A stretch of DNA of 64,000 nt, taken from Candidatus Hydrogenedentota bacterium (lineage in GTDB: Bacteria; UBA8481; J006). The notes under the pieces were generated by a model. The model worked only from the letters and a program-made list of their open reading frames with translations, made no database searches and had not been told where the DNA came from. The stretch is taken from assembly GCA_003697085.1 (NCBI GenBank), contig RFFU01000074.1, positions 17,562 to 81,561 on the forward strand. The letters run 5' to 3'. How positions within the stretch are numbered: the stretch's first letter is position 1; each line of letters starts with the position of its first letter. Below are positions 41,795 to 52,354 of this stretch, in pieces. The position numbers were made by a program, and so were the translations under genes.

Positions 41795-44341
41795 ATGAAG
41801 ATTTTGCCGATTACCGTTCTACCCAACCTTCCGGACCGCCTCAAGCCGCTTCAAGAAATGGCGGAGAATATCTGGTTCTCGTGGCATCCGGAACTGCTCC
41901 TTCTCTTCCGCCAGATGAGCCAGGAACTCTGGCAGTTGACGGGGCACAATCCGGTCAAGATTCTCGCCGAATTGGATCAAGATCGGATCGAGGAATTGCT
42001 CTCGGACGAAGGTTTTCTCGACGGCATGGATTCCGTCTACAAGAAGTTCCAGCGATATATGAAGGAGCAGGCCTCCTACGATTTTCATCTCGAGGAGCCC
42101 GCTGATTACACGATCGCCTACTTTTCGACCGAATATGGTTTGACGGAGTGTCTGCCGATCTACTCCGGAGGTTTGGGAGTCCTCTCCGGCGACCATCTCA
42201 AGTCCGCCAGCGATATCCGCATTCCGCTTGTGGCCGTCGGGCTTCTCTACCAAGAAGGCTATTTCAAGCAACGGCTCAACTCTCAAGGGTGGCAGGAGGA
42301 ACAATATCCGGACAATGATTTCTACGTCCTCCCGTCATCACCGGTTCTCGATGCCAACGGTGAGCCGGAAACGATCGAGATTCTTGTTGGAGAACGATCG
42401 GTCAAGGTTCATATTTGGCGGGTCAAGGTCGGCCGCGTCGACCTTTATCTCCTCGACACGAACCTCGCGGAGAACCACCCGGACGACCGCAAGATCACGG
42501 GACAGCTCTACGGCGGAGACCGGGAGATGCGCCTGAAACAGGAGATCGTGCTGGGGATCGGCGGCGTGCGGGCTCTCCACCATCTCGATATTCATCCGGC
42601 CGTTTACCATATGAACGAGGGGCACAGCGCTTTCGCCACGCTCGAACGCGCCAATATCCTGATGAAGAAAGGCCTCTCCTTCACCGCAGCGAAGAATTAC
42701 ATCCGGGCGACAAGCGTTTTCACGACGCATACTCCGGTCCCGGCGGGCAACGACTACTTCGCGCCCGATCTGATGATTCGTTACTTTCGGAAGTACTGCG
42801 AGGAGATCGGGATCGACCTCGCGCAACTCCTTTCCTTGGGCCGAATCAATCCCGAGGACAAGAACGAGTACTTCTGTATGACAGTCTTTGCTTTGAGATT
42901 AAGTCTGTGGTGCAACGGCGTAAGCAAGATCCACGCTCGCGTCTCCAAGAATATGTGGAAGGGGATCTGGCCGGACGTACCTTTCGACGAGATCCCCATC
43001 AAGCCGCTCACGAACGGCGTGCATATCCCCTCCTGGATCTCTTACGAGATCGGCCTGCTTTACGATCGGTACCTCGGCCCGCGTTGGAGTGAGGATCCGG
43101 ACAATCAGAAGGTGTGGGAGAAATCGCTGACGATTCCGGACACGGAGTTATGGCGGACGCACGAGCGGCGGAGGGAACGGCTGGTCTCCTTCGCCCGGCG
43201 GCGATTGGCGTGGCAGCGGATGCGGCGCGGCGCGGCGCCCTCGGCCGTGGAAGAATCCCGAACGGTCCTTCATCCCGAAGCGCTCACGATCGGCTTCGCG
43301 CGCCGCTTTGCCACCTACAAACGGGCCATTCTCATCTTCCGCGATCCCGAGCGTCTGGCGCGGATTCTCAACGATCCCGAACGTCCCGTTCAAATCATCT
43401 TTGCGGGGAAGGCGCATCCCGCGGACGAACGAGGAAAGGAGTTCATCCAGCAGATCATTCGTTACAGCGAGGATCCTCGTTTCCGGAACCGCGTGGTCTT
43501 CCTCGAGGATTACGATATGAACGTCGCTCGGTATCTCGTCCAGGGAGCCGATGTCTGGCTCAACAATCCCCGGCGCCCCTTGGAGGCTTGCGGGACGAGC
43601 GGGATGAAGGCCGCGGCGAACGGCGCCATCAATCTCAGTGTCCTCGACGGTTGGTGGGCAGAAGGGTATTCCCCCGACAACGGTTGGGCCATCGGCCGAG
43701 GGGAGGAGTATCAGGACGAGGATTACGCCGACGAGGTGGAAGCGCGGGCCATCTACGATCTTCTCGAAAAGGAGGTTATTCCCACCTTCTACCAACTCAG
43801 CGAAGATGGATTACCACACGCCTGGATCGCCCGGATGAAGAATGGTCTCAAGAACGTCTGTCCCTTCTTCAACACCCACCGAATGGTTGAGGATTATATG
43901 GAGATGTTCTACAACCCGGCGGCGCTTCTGGGCAAGCGGCTCCGCCAGAACGATTATCAGGACCTCAATGCGATGACCGAGTGGCTCGATCGAGTCCGTT
44001 CCGTTTGGCCGAATGTCGTCGTGCGCGAAATCCACGTCTCGCCGGAGAAAGAGGTTTCAGTCTATTCCGAACTGACGGTGGAGGCGGTCGTGGACGCCGC
44101 CGGTCTCGCTCCGGCCGAGATCGATGTCCAGGCCTACTACGGTCGGCTCAATACCGCCGGGGAGTTCGAGGAGAGTTGGAAGGATTCGTTGGAATTTGTC
44201 GAGGAACGTGACGGGGCGCTGCTCTTTCGTGGAACGGTGAAGTGCCGGAGGACCGGTCGCGGAGGCGTCACGGTTCGCGTTCTTCCGAAACACGAACTGC
44301 TCCTCAACCCGCTCCATCTCAACCTCGTCCGCTGGGCGTAA
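41795..44341 (+). CDS. glgP: alpha-glucan family phosphorylase (GT35)
   Basis: AYFSTEYGLTECLPIYSGGLGVLSGDHLKSASDIRIPLVAVGLLYQEGYF and the PLP-lysine region EACGTSGMKAAANGAINLSVLDGWW. Start moved to ATG 41795. Confidence 0.9.
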   Translation: MKILPITVLPNLPDRLKPLQEMAENIWFSWHPELLLLFRQMSQELWQLTGHNPVKILAELDQDRIEELLSDEGFLDGMDSVYKKFQRYMKEQASYDFHLEEPADYTIAYFSTEYGLTECLPIYSGGLGVLSGDHLKSASDIRIPLVAVGLLYQEGYFKQRLNSQGWQEEQYPDNDFYVLPSSPVLDANGEPETIEILVGERSVKVHIWRVKVGRVDLYLLDTNLAENHPDDRKITGQLYGGDREMRLKQEIVLGIGGVRALHHLDIHPAVYHMNEGHSAFATLERANILMKKGLSFTAAKNYIRATSVFTTHTPVPAGNDYFAPDLMIRYFRKYCEEIGIDLAQLLSLGRINPEDKNEYFCMTVFALRLSLWCNGVSKIHARVSKNMWKGIWPDVPFDEIPIKPLTNGVHIPSWISYEIGLLYDRYLGPRWSEDPDNQKVWEKSLTIPDTELWRTHERRRERLVSFARRRLAWQRMRRGAAPSAVEESRTVLHPEALTIGFARRFATYKRAILIFRDPERLARILNDPERPVQIIFAGKAHPADERGKEFIQQIIRYSEDPRFRNRVVFLEDYDMNVARYLVQGADVWLNNPRRPLEACGTSGMKAAANGAINLSVLDGWWAEGYSPDNGWAIGRGEEYQDEDYADEVEARAIYDLLEKEVIPTFYQLSEDGLPHAWIARMKNGLKNVCPFFNTHRMVEDYMEMFYNPAALLGKRLRQNDYQDLNAMTEWLDRVRSVWPNVVVREIHVSPEKEVSVYSELTVEAVVDAAGLAPAEIDVQAYYGRLNTAGEFEESWKDSLEFVEERDGALLFRGTVKCRRTGRGGVTVRVLPKHELLLNPLHLNLVRWA

Positions 44342-44489
44342 ACCGCTCCTCGCTCGTTGAAGAGTACCACGGGAATTCGTGTGAGTCCGCCGGAGGTGCA
44401 AGAAACAGCAACTTGGTGATGGAAAATCCGGCGTCCCCGCCGTTTCCTCGGCCCCCCGGGTCCTCAAGTTCAGGAAAGAGTTTCCGGTC

Positions 44490-44795
44490 TTATTTCAGAA
44501 ATCCGCGGACTTTCTGCTCCACGATCTTCGCCTTGATGGACATTGCGCTCTCTTCCGGAAGCGCCTCGACGTGATAACTGTCTCCCAATTCCCGTACGGA
44601 GGTCACTTTCAAACCGGTCCGGATCTTCGGTGTCTGAATCACCAATTGAAAGCGGCTTCCCAGCGCGACGGGATCAAGCGTATAGATTTCCAAATACCCC
44701 TTTTCGCTCACGTGAACCAGCTTGCACGGGATCGAATCGGCATTTTCGTTCACGAGCACCCCGCTGATTTCGAGAGATTGCGTCATTTCACCCAT
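44490..44795 (-). CDS. hypothetical small protein (possibly a degenerate PilZ-like beta-barrel)
   Basis: 101-aa ORF with protein-like composition. HVSEKG resembles the D/NxSxxG half of PilZ, but no RxxxR is present. Confidence 0.45.
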   Translation of the reverse strand: MGEMTQSLEISGVLVNENADSIPCKLVHVSEKGYLEIYTLDPVALGSRFQLVIQTPKIRTGLKVTSVRELGDSYHVEALPEESAMSIKAKIVEQKVRGFLK

Positions 44796-44817
44796 ATCAT
44801 ATTATATCTCGGCTGTT

Positions 44818-45342
44818 ATGAACAGAGACTTTACCGATGAAGACGTCCACTGGCTCGAAGAGGCCTTGAGACTCGCGGAAGAGGCGGCCGCGGCGGGAGA
44901 AGTCCCGGTGGGAGCCGTTGTCGTGGAGGACTCGGAAATGATTGGAAGCGCCCGGAACCGGATGATCGAGGGGAACGACCCGACGGCTCACGCCGAGGTG
45001 TTGGCTCTTCGTCAAGCGGCGCGCCGTCGCCGGAATTATCGGCTTCCCAACACGACCCTCTACACCACCCTCGAGCCGTGTCTTCTCTGCGCAGGAGCCA
45101 TCGTGCAGGCCCGCTGCCGCCGCGTCGTCTTCGGAGCCTTCGATCCGAAAGCCGGAGCGTGCGGCTCCGCGCTTTCGGTTCTGCCTCATCCGGCACTCAA
45201 TCACCGGCCGGAGGTCCGGGGAGGTCTTTTGGCCGATCGCTGCGGAATTCTCCTCTCCACGTTCTTCGCCCTTCGTAGAAATCCGAAAGGTTCGATAAGG
45301 GCACCGGCATCCGCCGCCTCCGACAGTGTCGTTCAGCGCTGA
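44818..45342 (+). CDS. tadA: tRNA adenosine(34) deaminase
   Basis: HAEVLALRQA (HAE) and LEPCLLCAGAI (PCxxC) zinc motifs. Start moved to ATG 44818. Confidence 0.9.
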   Translation: MNRDFTDEDVHWLEEALRLAEEAAAAGEVPVGAVVVEDSEMIGSARNRMIEGNDPTAHAEVLALRQAARRRRNYRLPNTTLYTTLEPCLLCAGAIVQARCRRVVFGAFDPKAGACGSALSVLPHPALNHRPEVRGGLLADRCGILLSTFFALRRNPKGSIRAPASAASDSVVQR

Positions 45343-45351
45343 AGAAGAGCG

Positions 45352-46617
45352 ATGAAGACCGTTGCAATCGTCGGGAGGCCGAACGTGGGAAAATCCCGGC
45401 TCTTCAACCGGTTGATCGGCCGGCGATACGCGATCGTCGAGGGCACCCCGGGCATCACGAGAGATCGAATAGAAAAAGTAGGCGAGTGGAGGGGAAGAAG
45501 AATTCGGTGGATCGATACGGGCGGCATCGGTTCCGATGACGATCTTTCTTCCCTCGTCGCCTTTCAGGTTCGTGTGGCGATCGAAGCCGCCGATCTGATC
45601 ATCTTCGTCGTGGATGGAGCGGAGGGGCTTCTCCCGCTCGACGAGGAAATCGCCGATTCCCTTCGGGGGCGCAAGCCGGTGATCCTTGCCGTCAATAAAA
45701 TCGACCATCCGAAGCGGGAGTCGCTTGTTTCGGAATTCTTCTCTCTGGGATTCGAGGAGAGCTTCGCTGTTTCGGCGGAACACGGCCGCGGCGTCGGCGA
45801 TCTCCTCGACTCCGTCGTCGAACGGCTCGGTTCCGAGGAAGAGGGAGAGTCGGATGAGGAAGGCGGCGTTCGCGTCTCGATCGTCGGGAGGCCCAATGTT
45901 GGGAAATCAAGCCTGCTGAACGCCTTTCTTGAGACGGAACGCGTCATCGTTTCGGAGATTCCCGGTACAACCCGCGATACGGTTGAGGAAACGATCGATC
46001 TTCCTCAAGGACGAATCACGTTCGTGGATACCGCGGGAATACGGAGGAAGCGCCGGAAATACGACCTTCTCGAAAGTATAATGGTCTCCCGAACGCGCAA
46101 CGCCGTCAGTGCCAGTGACGCCGCGATCGTGGTCGCGGACGCCGTGGAGGGAATCACGGAACAAGACGTCAAAATCGTTCAGGCCGTCTTCGCACTCGGC
46201 CGTTGCGCCGTGCTCGCGCTGAATAAATGGGACGCCGTTTCGGAAAAAGATTTCGACGCAGTTTTGAAAGGCTTTCGCGCAAAATATCCGACCGATGCTC
46301 ACCTCCCCGTTATCAGTGTCTCCGCTCTCCGCCGCCTCCGCCTCCGCCGGCTCCTCTCGACGGTTCTCGATACGGTCGAACGGAGTCGATTTCGGTTTCG
46401 GACTTCGGAACTGAACAGGCTCCTCGGTCCGGTGGCCGCGCAAGCGCCGCGAAAGGTGAAACTCCGTTACGCGCTCCAGAAATCGATCTCACCGCCGACC
46501 TTCGTTCTCTTCGGAAGCGGGCGCCCGCCGCATTCCTACCTCCACTTCATCCGGAACACGATCCGCGACGCAGGAGGCTTCCAGGGTATTCCCCTGAATA
46601 TCGAGTTTCGGTCGTGA
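45352..46617 (+). CDS. der: ribosome biogenesis GTPase Der (EngA)
   Basis: Two tandem G domains (GRPNVGKSRLFN...DTGG; GRPNVGKSSLLN...DTAG) plus a KH-like C-terminus. Confidence 0.92.
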   Translation: MKTVAIVGRPNVGKSRLFNRLIGRRYAIVEGTPGITRDRIEKVGEWRGRRIRWIDTGGIGSDDDLSSLVAFQVRVAIEAADLIIFVVDGAEGLLPLDEEIADSLRGRKPVILAVNKIDHPKRESLVSEFFSLGFEESFAVSAEHGRGVGDLLDSVVERLGSEEEGESDEEGGVRVSIVGRPNVGKSSLLNAFLETERVIVSEIPGTTRDTVEETIDLPQGRITFVDTAGIRRKRRKYDLLESIMVSRTRNAVSASDAAIVVADAVEGITEQDVKIVQAVFALGRCAVLALNKWDAVSEKDFDAVLKGFRAKYPTDAHLPVISVSALRRLRLRRLLSTVLDTVERSRFRFRTSELNRLLGPVAAQAPRKVKLRYALQKSISPPTFVLFGSGRPPHSYLHFIRNTIRDAGGFQGIPLNIEFRS

Positions 46618-47213
46618 GTTTCATTCTCTGGTTGGGAGCCGCCGTCATCGGATACTGCTGCGGGGCGATTCCCTTCTGCCTTCTGATCGGCTTGAAGCGG
46701 CACGGAATCGATATTCGTAAACACGGCTCGGGAAACGTTGGAGCCACGAATCTCTGGAGGACGTGCGGATTTCGGAGCGGTCTCCTGGGCTTTTTCTGCG
46801 ATATGGGCAAGGGCCTCCTTCCGACACTGCTCTTCAAGGCCGCTGGCGGGGAATTTCTCGGCTTGACGGCGGGGATCGCCGCCGTCGTGGGACATATCTT
46901 TCCCGTCTCGATCGGAGCCCGCGGAGGAAAGGGCGTCGCGACGATGGCCGGAGTCCTGCTCGTCCTCGCCCCGCACACTTTTCTCTATTCCTTCTTCGTC
47001 TTTCTTATCGTCGGTCCGCTTGCGACACGAACGATATCCGGAGGGAGCCTGGCGGCGGCGGCGCTTCTTCCCTTCGTCTCCTTCACGAATGACTCGACAC
47101 TCGTCGCTTCCGTCTGTACTCTCATCTCCCTCCTCGTAATCTATCGCCACCGCGAGAACATCCGCCGCCTTTACAACGGCACGGAACGAAAAATTTGGGA
47201 AGGGCGTAAATGA
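46614..47213 (+). CDS. plsY: glycerol-3-phosphate acyltransferase PlsY
   Basis: GSGNVGATN motif and a polytopic membrane profile. The GTG start overlaps the der stop (GTGA at 46614-46617). der-plsY-gpsA synteny. Confidence 0.9.
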   Translation: MSFILWLGAAVIGYCCGAIPFCLLIGLKRHGIDIRKHGSGNVGATNLWRTCGFRSGLLGFFCDMGKGLLPTLLFKAAGGEFLGLTAGIAAVVGHIFPVSIGARGGKGVATMAGVLLVLAPHTFLYSFFVFLIVGPLATRTISGGSLAAAALLPFVSFTNDSTLVASVCTLISLLVIYRHRENIRRLYNGTERKIWEGRK

Positions 47214-47285
47214 CGAAATGAACCTTTACGAGAGATTATCGCGTTCACGGTGGTCGAGGTGCGCCGGATTGAACGGAAATTCGGG

Positions 47286-48290
47286 ATGAGGATCGCTGTT
47301 CTCGGAGCCGGGGGGTGGGGAACGGCTCTCGCCGTACTCTGGCACCGCCACGGGCGCGACGTTCTTCTCTGGACGCCCTTCGAGCAGGAGCGGCGGGCGA
47401 TTCGCGAAGCCGGTGAACATTCCCGCGTCCTCCCTGGAATCCGCGTGCCGGAGACACTTCCTATTACGACCGACATCGAGGAAGCCGTCGGCGGCGCACA
47501 GGTCGTGCTCCTCGTGACTCCTTCTCAGTTCATCGAGGAAACGGCGTGCAAGGCCGCGCCCTTCCTCGCTGAGGGGACCCCCGTCATCTCCGCCGCCAAA
47601 GGTCTCGAACGAACGGAGAATCCGGTGCCGCGAACCTTGACGGCGTTGATCGAGGAGGCCTTGCGAACTCACGGGGTCCTGTGCCCCGTTCTGGCGCTCT
47701 CCGGACCGAGCCATGCCGAGGAAGTGGGGCGGGGGCTTCCCACGACCATCGTTCTGGCGGGTGAGAATCCGGAACCGCTTCAAAAAGTCTTCAGCACCCC
47801 GACCTTCCGTGTCTATCGCTCCACCGATCGGCTCGGAGTGGAACTCGGCGGAGCCCTCAAGAACCCCATCGCCATCGCGGCGGGAATCGGAGCAGGGCTG
47901 GGAGGGGGTGATAACGCGCTCGGTGCGCTTGTCACGCGGGGAATGGTCGAGATCGCCCGTCTGGGAACCCGCGCCGGTGCCCGGCCGGAAACCTTCTGGG
48001 GTCTTTCAGGAATCGGTGATTTGGTCACGACATGCGCCAGCCCCCACTCCCGAAACCGGCGCGTCGGAATGGAACTGGCCAAAGGACGAGCCCTGGACGA
48101 CATCTTAAGAGAACTCGGAATGGTGGCGGAAGGCGTTCAGACAGCGCAGACCGTCGATTGCTGGGCCCGCCATCTCGGGATCGAAACGCCGATCACCTCC
48201 GCCGTGGCTCGCGTCCTCTTCCAAGGTTCGTCTCCGATGGAGGAACTTCAAAATCTTATGACCCGAGACCTGAAGGAGGAGCATTTCTGA
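47286..48290 (+). CDS. gpsA: NAD(P)H-dependent glycerol-3-phosphate dehydrogenase
   Basis: MRIAVLGAGGWGTALA..., LSGPSHAEEV, GALKNPIAIAAG. Start moved to ATG 47286. Confidence 0.9.
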   Translation: MRIAVLGAGGWGTALAVLWHRHGRDVLLWTPFEQERRAIREAGEHSRVLPGIRVPETLPITTDIEEAVGGAQVVLLVTPSQFIEETACKAAPFLAEGTPVISAAKGLERTENPVPRTLTALIEEALRTHGVLCPVLALSGPSHAEEVGRGLPTTIVLAGENPEPLQKVFSTPTFRVYRSTDRLGVELGGALKNPIAIAAGIGAGLGGGDNALGALVTRGMVEIARLGTRAGARPETFWGLSGIGDLVTTCASPHSRNRRVGMELAKGRALDDILRELGMVAEGVQTAQTVDCWARHLGIETPITSAVARVLFQGSSPMEELQNLMTRDLKEEHF

Positions 48291-48616
48291 AGGGATCATC
48301 GCCGGATCCGCTCGCTGATTCCCGGCGCCCGAAGGAAGGCACGCCGGCTGGTGGAGCGGGTTGAGACGGCTTTACGGTTGACGCCGGGGTGGCGGATAGA
48401 AATCCTCACCCGATCGAAGCGAAATTCGGGGTGTGCTCTCACACCTCACCTCCCTCCTGTCCCTCCGGGAAATCGTTTCGCCACGCGGGAGTTTTTTTGT
48501 GCCGCGGGAGGAGCTTCTGAAGAGGAAGGATTAGGTTGACGACGGGGATTTTCGCAAAATACCACTTTCTCCCGTTAAATTCCTCACGGAGAACGCCGAT
48601 AAGGATAATACCAAGG

Positions 48617-50071
48617 ATGGTTATGGAAATGATGCAAACGGATTTGTCACAACTTCTTTCTTTCCGGGCCGACTCTCCCGGAAACGGCGTTTCCACCGCT
48701 GTTTCGGCTGCGCCGCCCGCTCCGCCCACCTCGCCTGATCTTTCCGGCATACGCGTTCCGGTTTCCGTTCTTTCCCCGACCGAACCGACTTTCGATCAGC
48801 AAGTTTCGGATACCGCTGCGGGAGCCGATTCGGGAAACGACAGAGTGGAGATTACGGGGGAAAAACCCGATTCCTCCCGGCAAGACCAACTTTTCGAGGA
48901 CGTGGCGCGGAAGACGAAAGACCTTCCAACACCGGAGCAAATCTCCTCGGCCAATATCGTCCGAATCGTCAGTGAGAACGCTCCTCACGTTCTCCAGACA
49001 CTCCGGGCCATTCTGGCGACACGACTCGGGCTCGAACCTCCTCAACCGGCAAGCGACACCGTCTCTGACGAAACAGGCGGTGATTCCTCGAACGAGGTTT
49101 TGCCATCCTTTCCCGCTCCGGAAGGAACGGTTGACGGTTCCACCGTAAAACCGCTCGAAGACGCCTTGACGGCCGCCGCCGGCTCACCGGACCCGAGCCG
49201 GCGCGTGGCGGCAGTTGTCGAGGGAGCGGCGAATTTACCGGAGAAGGTGCGCGATACCTTCTACAAGGCCGCAACGCATCTTCTGAAGAACGAAAGCGCA
49301 GTCGTGCGTCGGGATCTCGTTTCCGGCCAGACTTCCCCCGTTGCCGTCGATCCGTCCTCGGGGGTCTATTCCGCGGAGGGAACGGGGACCCGTGTCGGCG
49401 TCAAATTCGATCTCTTCTATTCCATCTCGTCACGCTACGCCGTTCAGGCCGGGAAAGATGCAAGCGGCTCCTTTTACGAAGCGACGGCGGCCGTGGAGGC
49501 GAAATTTGGCGCGTCCTTCTCTCTGGAGATCGGAGGACGCTTCCTCTCCCTCGCCGACGCCGCTTCCAAGGTCGATCCCACGGTGCTCGACGCTTTCTCG
49601 GAAGCGGTCTCGGGCCTGGCTGGACTCGACGAGAACGCCCTGGATCGCTTCTTCAAAGCGACCGAATCGCTCTTTTCCGCCGTCGAGGATTCCTTGGAGC
49701 TGGCCGACGGCAGCCTCGACGGTGTCGCCACCGAGGTGAAAGAGACGGCGAAATCCTTCTTCGCCGCCGTCTCCTCCGCGACGGCGGACACCTTTCCCGG
49801 GGTCGACGTAAGCCAAATCTTCTCGCTTCCCGAGGGACTGGATTCCAACGGCACGACCCCCTTGTTGGATATGTTGCTGGGGGCGTTGGAGCAGGGAGAC
49901 GTATCGCCGACGGAACGACTCCTTGCCGCGCTCACGGGTGCGGAGAACGGTCGCGCCGCCGCCGCGCAACCGCCTTCAACGGAGAATCTCCCGAACCTTC
50001 CGGTCGGAAGTGTGCCGGGCACCGCTCAAGGAGGAACGACGACTGCGGACACATCCGCGAAGGCGGTCTGA
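48617..50071 (+). CDS. hypothetical acidic, Ala/Ser/Pro/Glu-rich protein
   Basis: Long ORF with no strong competing antisense gene and a terminator downstream. I see no recognisable motif, TM helix or signal peptide. Start uncertain (TTG 48536, ATG 48617). Confidence 0.55.
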   Translation: MVMEMMQTDLSQLLSFRADSPGNGVSTAVSAAPPAPPTSPDLSGIRVPVSVLSPTEPTFDQQVSDTAAGADSGNDRVEITGEKPDSSRQDQLFEDVARKTKDLPTPEQISSANIVRIVSENAPHVLQTLRAILATRLGLEPPQPASDTVSDETGGDSSNEVLPSFPAPEGTVDGSTVKPLEDALTAAAGSPDPSRRVAAVVEGAANLPEKVRDTFYKAATHLLKNESAVVRRDLVSGQTSPVAVDPSSGVYSAEGTGTRVGVKFDLFYSISSRYAVQAGKDASGSFYEATAAVEAKFGASFSLEIGGRFLSLADAASKVDPTVLDAFSEAVSGLAGLDENALDRFFKATESLFSAVEDSLELADGSLDGVATEVKETAKSFFAAVSSATADTFPGVDVSQIFSLPEGLDSNGTTPLLDMLLGALEQGDVSPTERLLAALTGAENGRAAAAQPPSTENLPNLPVGSVPGTAQGGTTTADTSAKAV

Positions 50072-50133
50072 AGACGGAACTTTTACGAATAGGGTGAACG
50101 GCCTTATTCATACGTTATAATATAATTCAAATT

Positions 50134-50164
50134 GTCCCGCAACGACCTTGCGGGACATTTTTTT
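50134..50164 (+). terminator. rho-independent terminator between convergent genes
   Basis: GTCCCGCAA-cgacc-TTGCGGGAC followed by ATTTTTTT. Confidence 0.75.
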
Positions 50165-50217
50165 GGATGGATAGAGGACGCCATTCCGTTTTCCGTTGTT
50201 TGCAATAGTGTGCTTGG

Positions 50218-51156
50218 TTATCCGCGCAAAATCGACTCCAATTGCACACTGAATCCGATGGCGGGAACGTCGGGACCGAAACGGCCGACAACATTATCGT
50301 AGCGGCCGCCGACGAGCACGGGGCGCCCGTGTCCCCGGGCCACTCCTTCAAAGACGATCCCCGTGTAATACGGCGTTACCGGCACCATCGCCGGGTCCAC
50401 GATCACTTCGATCCCTTCCCCCCGCAAAAATTCCGCCACGCCGAACAACCTCTCCACGGCGTCTCGAAATTCCGCATCGGAAGCAAGCGATTCCACCGCG
50501 GACCGCGACGGAGAAAAACCGAACTCAAGGAGTCGCACCAGTCGTTCGCCTCCTTCGAAAGCCCCGAGTGCCGTGCGATCCCGCCGCCGAATACTTTGGA
50601 GTATCGTCTCTCGTTCCGTCTCATCTCCGGCGGAAAGAAGCGCCGGGACAAGCGTGGAGTCTCCCAGGGCGATCCGAACATCCTTCAATCCCAGATCCCG
50701 CAAAGACTCGACCGCCAAACGCACCGTGGCGCGATCTTCTTCGGAAACATCGCCCCCATAAACCTCGTACCCGACCTGGCGGAATTCCCGGGTCCGGCCC
50801 GTATTCCGCAAGACTTGCCGAAAGACTTCGCCGGCATAAAAGACACGCACGGGAAGGTCTCGATCCGTCATTGCAGCGGCGAAAATCCGCGCCGCCGGAA
50901 TCGTCAATTCGGGCCGCAGGGCCAGCGTCTTTCCGTCCGTGTCGGAAAAAAGAAAGAGATCGTCCCAACCGGCATTGGCTTCCTCGAAGACGGAAGCGTA
51001 CTCGAGACACGGAAGCGAAATTTCTTCGGCTCCCCACGCGAGAAACCTCCGCCGCAAAATCTGCTCGCTCTCCCGCAAACGCCGGCAATCTTCGCCGAGC
51101 CACACCGACGTTCCCCAAGGGTACGGCGGAACAGCCCGTTCCTTCTTTTTCTTCAT
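50218..51156 (-). CDS. hisZ: ATP phosphoribosyltransferase regulatory subunit (HisRS-like, no anticodon-binding domain)
   Basis: Class II aaRS-like core: LALRPELTIPAARIF, VFYAGEVFR, REFRQVGYEVYG, GGRYDNVVGRFG. At 312 aa it is too short for HisS. Confidence 0.75.
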   Translation of the reverse strand: MKKKKERAVPPYPWGTSVWLGEDCRRLRESEQILRRRFLAWGAEEISLPCLEYASVFEEANAGWDDLFLFSDTDGKTLALRPELTIPAARIFAAAMTDRDLPVRVFYAGEVFRQVLRNTGRTREFRQVGYEVYGGDVSEEDRATVRLAVESLRDLGLKDVRIALGDSTLVPALLSAGDETERETILQSIRRRDRTALGAFEGGERLVRLLEFGFSPSRSAVESLASDAEFRDAVERLFGVAEFLRGEGIEVIVDPAMVPVTPYYTGIVFEGVARGHGRPVLVGGRYDNVVGRFGPDVPAIGFSVQLESILRG

Positions 51157-51302
51157 CTCTTCACACTCCCTCTTTCCTTCCCTCCGTTTCCTCTCGAAAA
51201 CGTTCTCTCCTCGTTACCCATTCCGCTCCGGATAATCTTCCTCGCACCTTTCCTCGAGACGACACGCCATCGATCGCCCGAGGAAACGGGTCGAGGGACG
51301 AT

Positions 51303-52238
51303 TCAGACGAGCCGATTCCGAAACGTTCCCGAACGGGCGTATTCGACGATAATCGCGGCCGCCTCGGTCGAAACGCTTGCTTGTGCTTCATCCGTGGAGG
51401 CTCCGATGTGAGGCGTTGCGATCACCTTCGGATGACTCGCGATCGAATTCTCTCCCGGCGGTTCCGTTTCATACACATCGAAAGCCGCTCCGGCGACCCG
51501 ACCGTCGTCGAGCGCTTCCCGCAGGGCCTGTTCATCCACGACTCCTCCCCGCGCGCAGTTGATGATCCTCACACCCTTCTTCACCTTCTTCAATGTCTCC
51601 GTGCCGACCATATGCCGAGTCTCTTCCGTCAGGGGAACGTGGAGAGAAAGGTAATCCGCCTCCCGAAAAACCCGATCCAGATCGCATCGTTCGATTCCGG
51701 CGATATCTTCCGTCACGAGCGGATCGTAACCGATGACGGTCATACCGAAAGCACGGGCATATTCCGCAACCGTACGGCCGATCCTTCCAAGGCCGATCAG
51801 GCCCAAGGTCTTGTCCTTCAACTGCGTTCCCTGAAGCGACTTCTTCTCCCAGCGGCCGGCCTTCATCGTGCGGTCCGCCTCGGGAAGACGCCGAGCCAGT
51901 CCCAGCATCATTCCTAAAACCAGTTCCGCCACGGCGCTCGTGGACCCGCCTGGCGTGTTCATTACCGCGATGCCTCGCTCCTTCGCCGCCGTCAAGTCGA
52001 CGTTATCCACCCCGACCCCCGCGCGAACGATCGCTTTCAACGAGACCGCCTTCTCGAGAATCGAAGCCGGAAGTTTCGTCGCTGATCGGATGATGATCGC
52101 TTCGTACCCCCCGATCCGTTCCGACAGCTCCTCCGGACTCAAGCCGACCGCGACATCGAGTTCCACCTCTTCCGCCGCCCGCAAAATCTCCAATCCCGCT
52201 TCCGACAACTTGTCCGATACCAAAACCTTCACCGCCAT
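51303..52238 (-). CDS. D-3-phosphoglycerate dehydrogenase-like 2-hydroxyacid dehydrogenase (short form, no ACT domain)
   Basis: KVLVSDKLSEAGLEIL N-terminus, NAD motif GLIGLGRIGRTVA, and the catalytic-region pattern RGGVVDEQAL...FDVYETEP...ATPHIGAST. Confidence 0.85.
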   Translation of the reverse strand: MAVKVLVSDKLSEAGLEILRAAEEVELDVAVGLSPEELSERIGGYEAIIIRSATKLPASILEKAVSLKAIVRAGVGVDNVDLTAAKERGIAVMNTPGGSTSAVAELVLGMMLGLARRLPEADRTMKAGRWEKKSLQGTQLKDKTLGLIGLGRIGRTVAEYARAFGMTVIGYDPLVTEDIAGIERCDLDRVFREADYLSLHVPLTEETRHMVGTETLKKVKKGVRIINCARGGVVDEQALREALDDGRVAGAAFDVYETEPPGENSIASHPKVIATPHIGASTDEAQASVSTEAAAIIVEYARSGTFRNRLV

Positions 52239-52354
52239 CGATCCGCCTCCTTAATCTTCTGTTCCTTTCAGGAGGAGCGACGATCGGCGTTTTCGCGAAT
52301 CGAAGGTCTCCGCCTCGCGAAGCCCCCCGCTCCTCCGTCCGCAATGCCCGTTTC

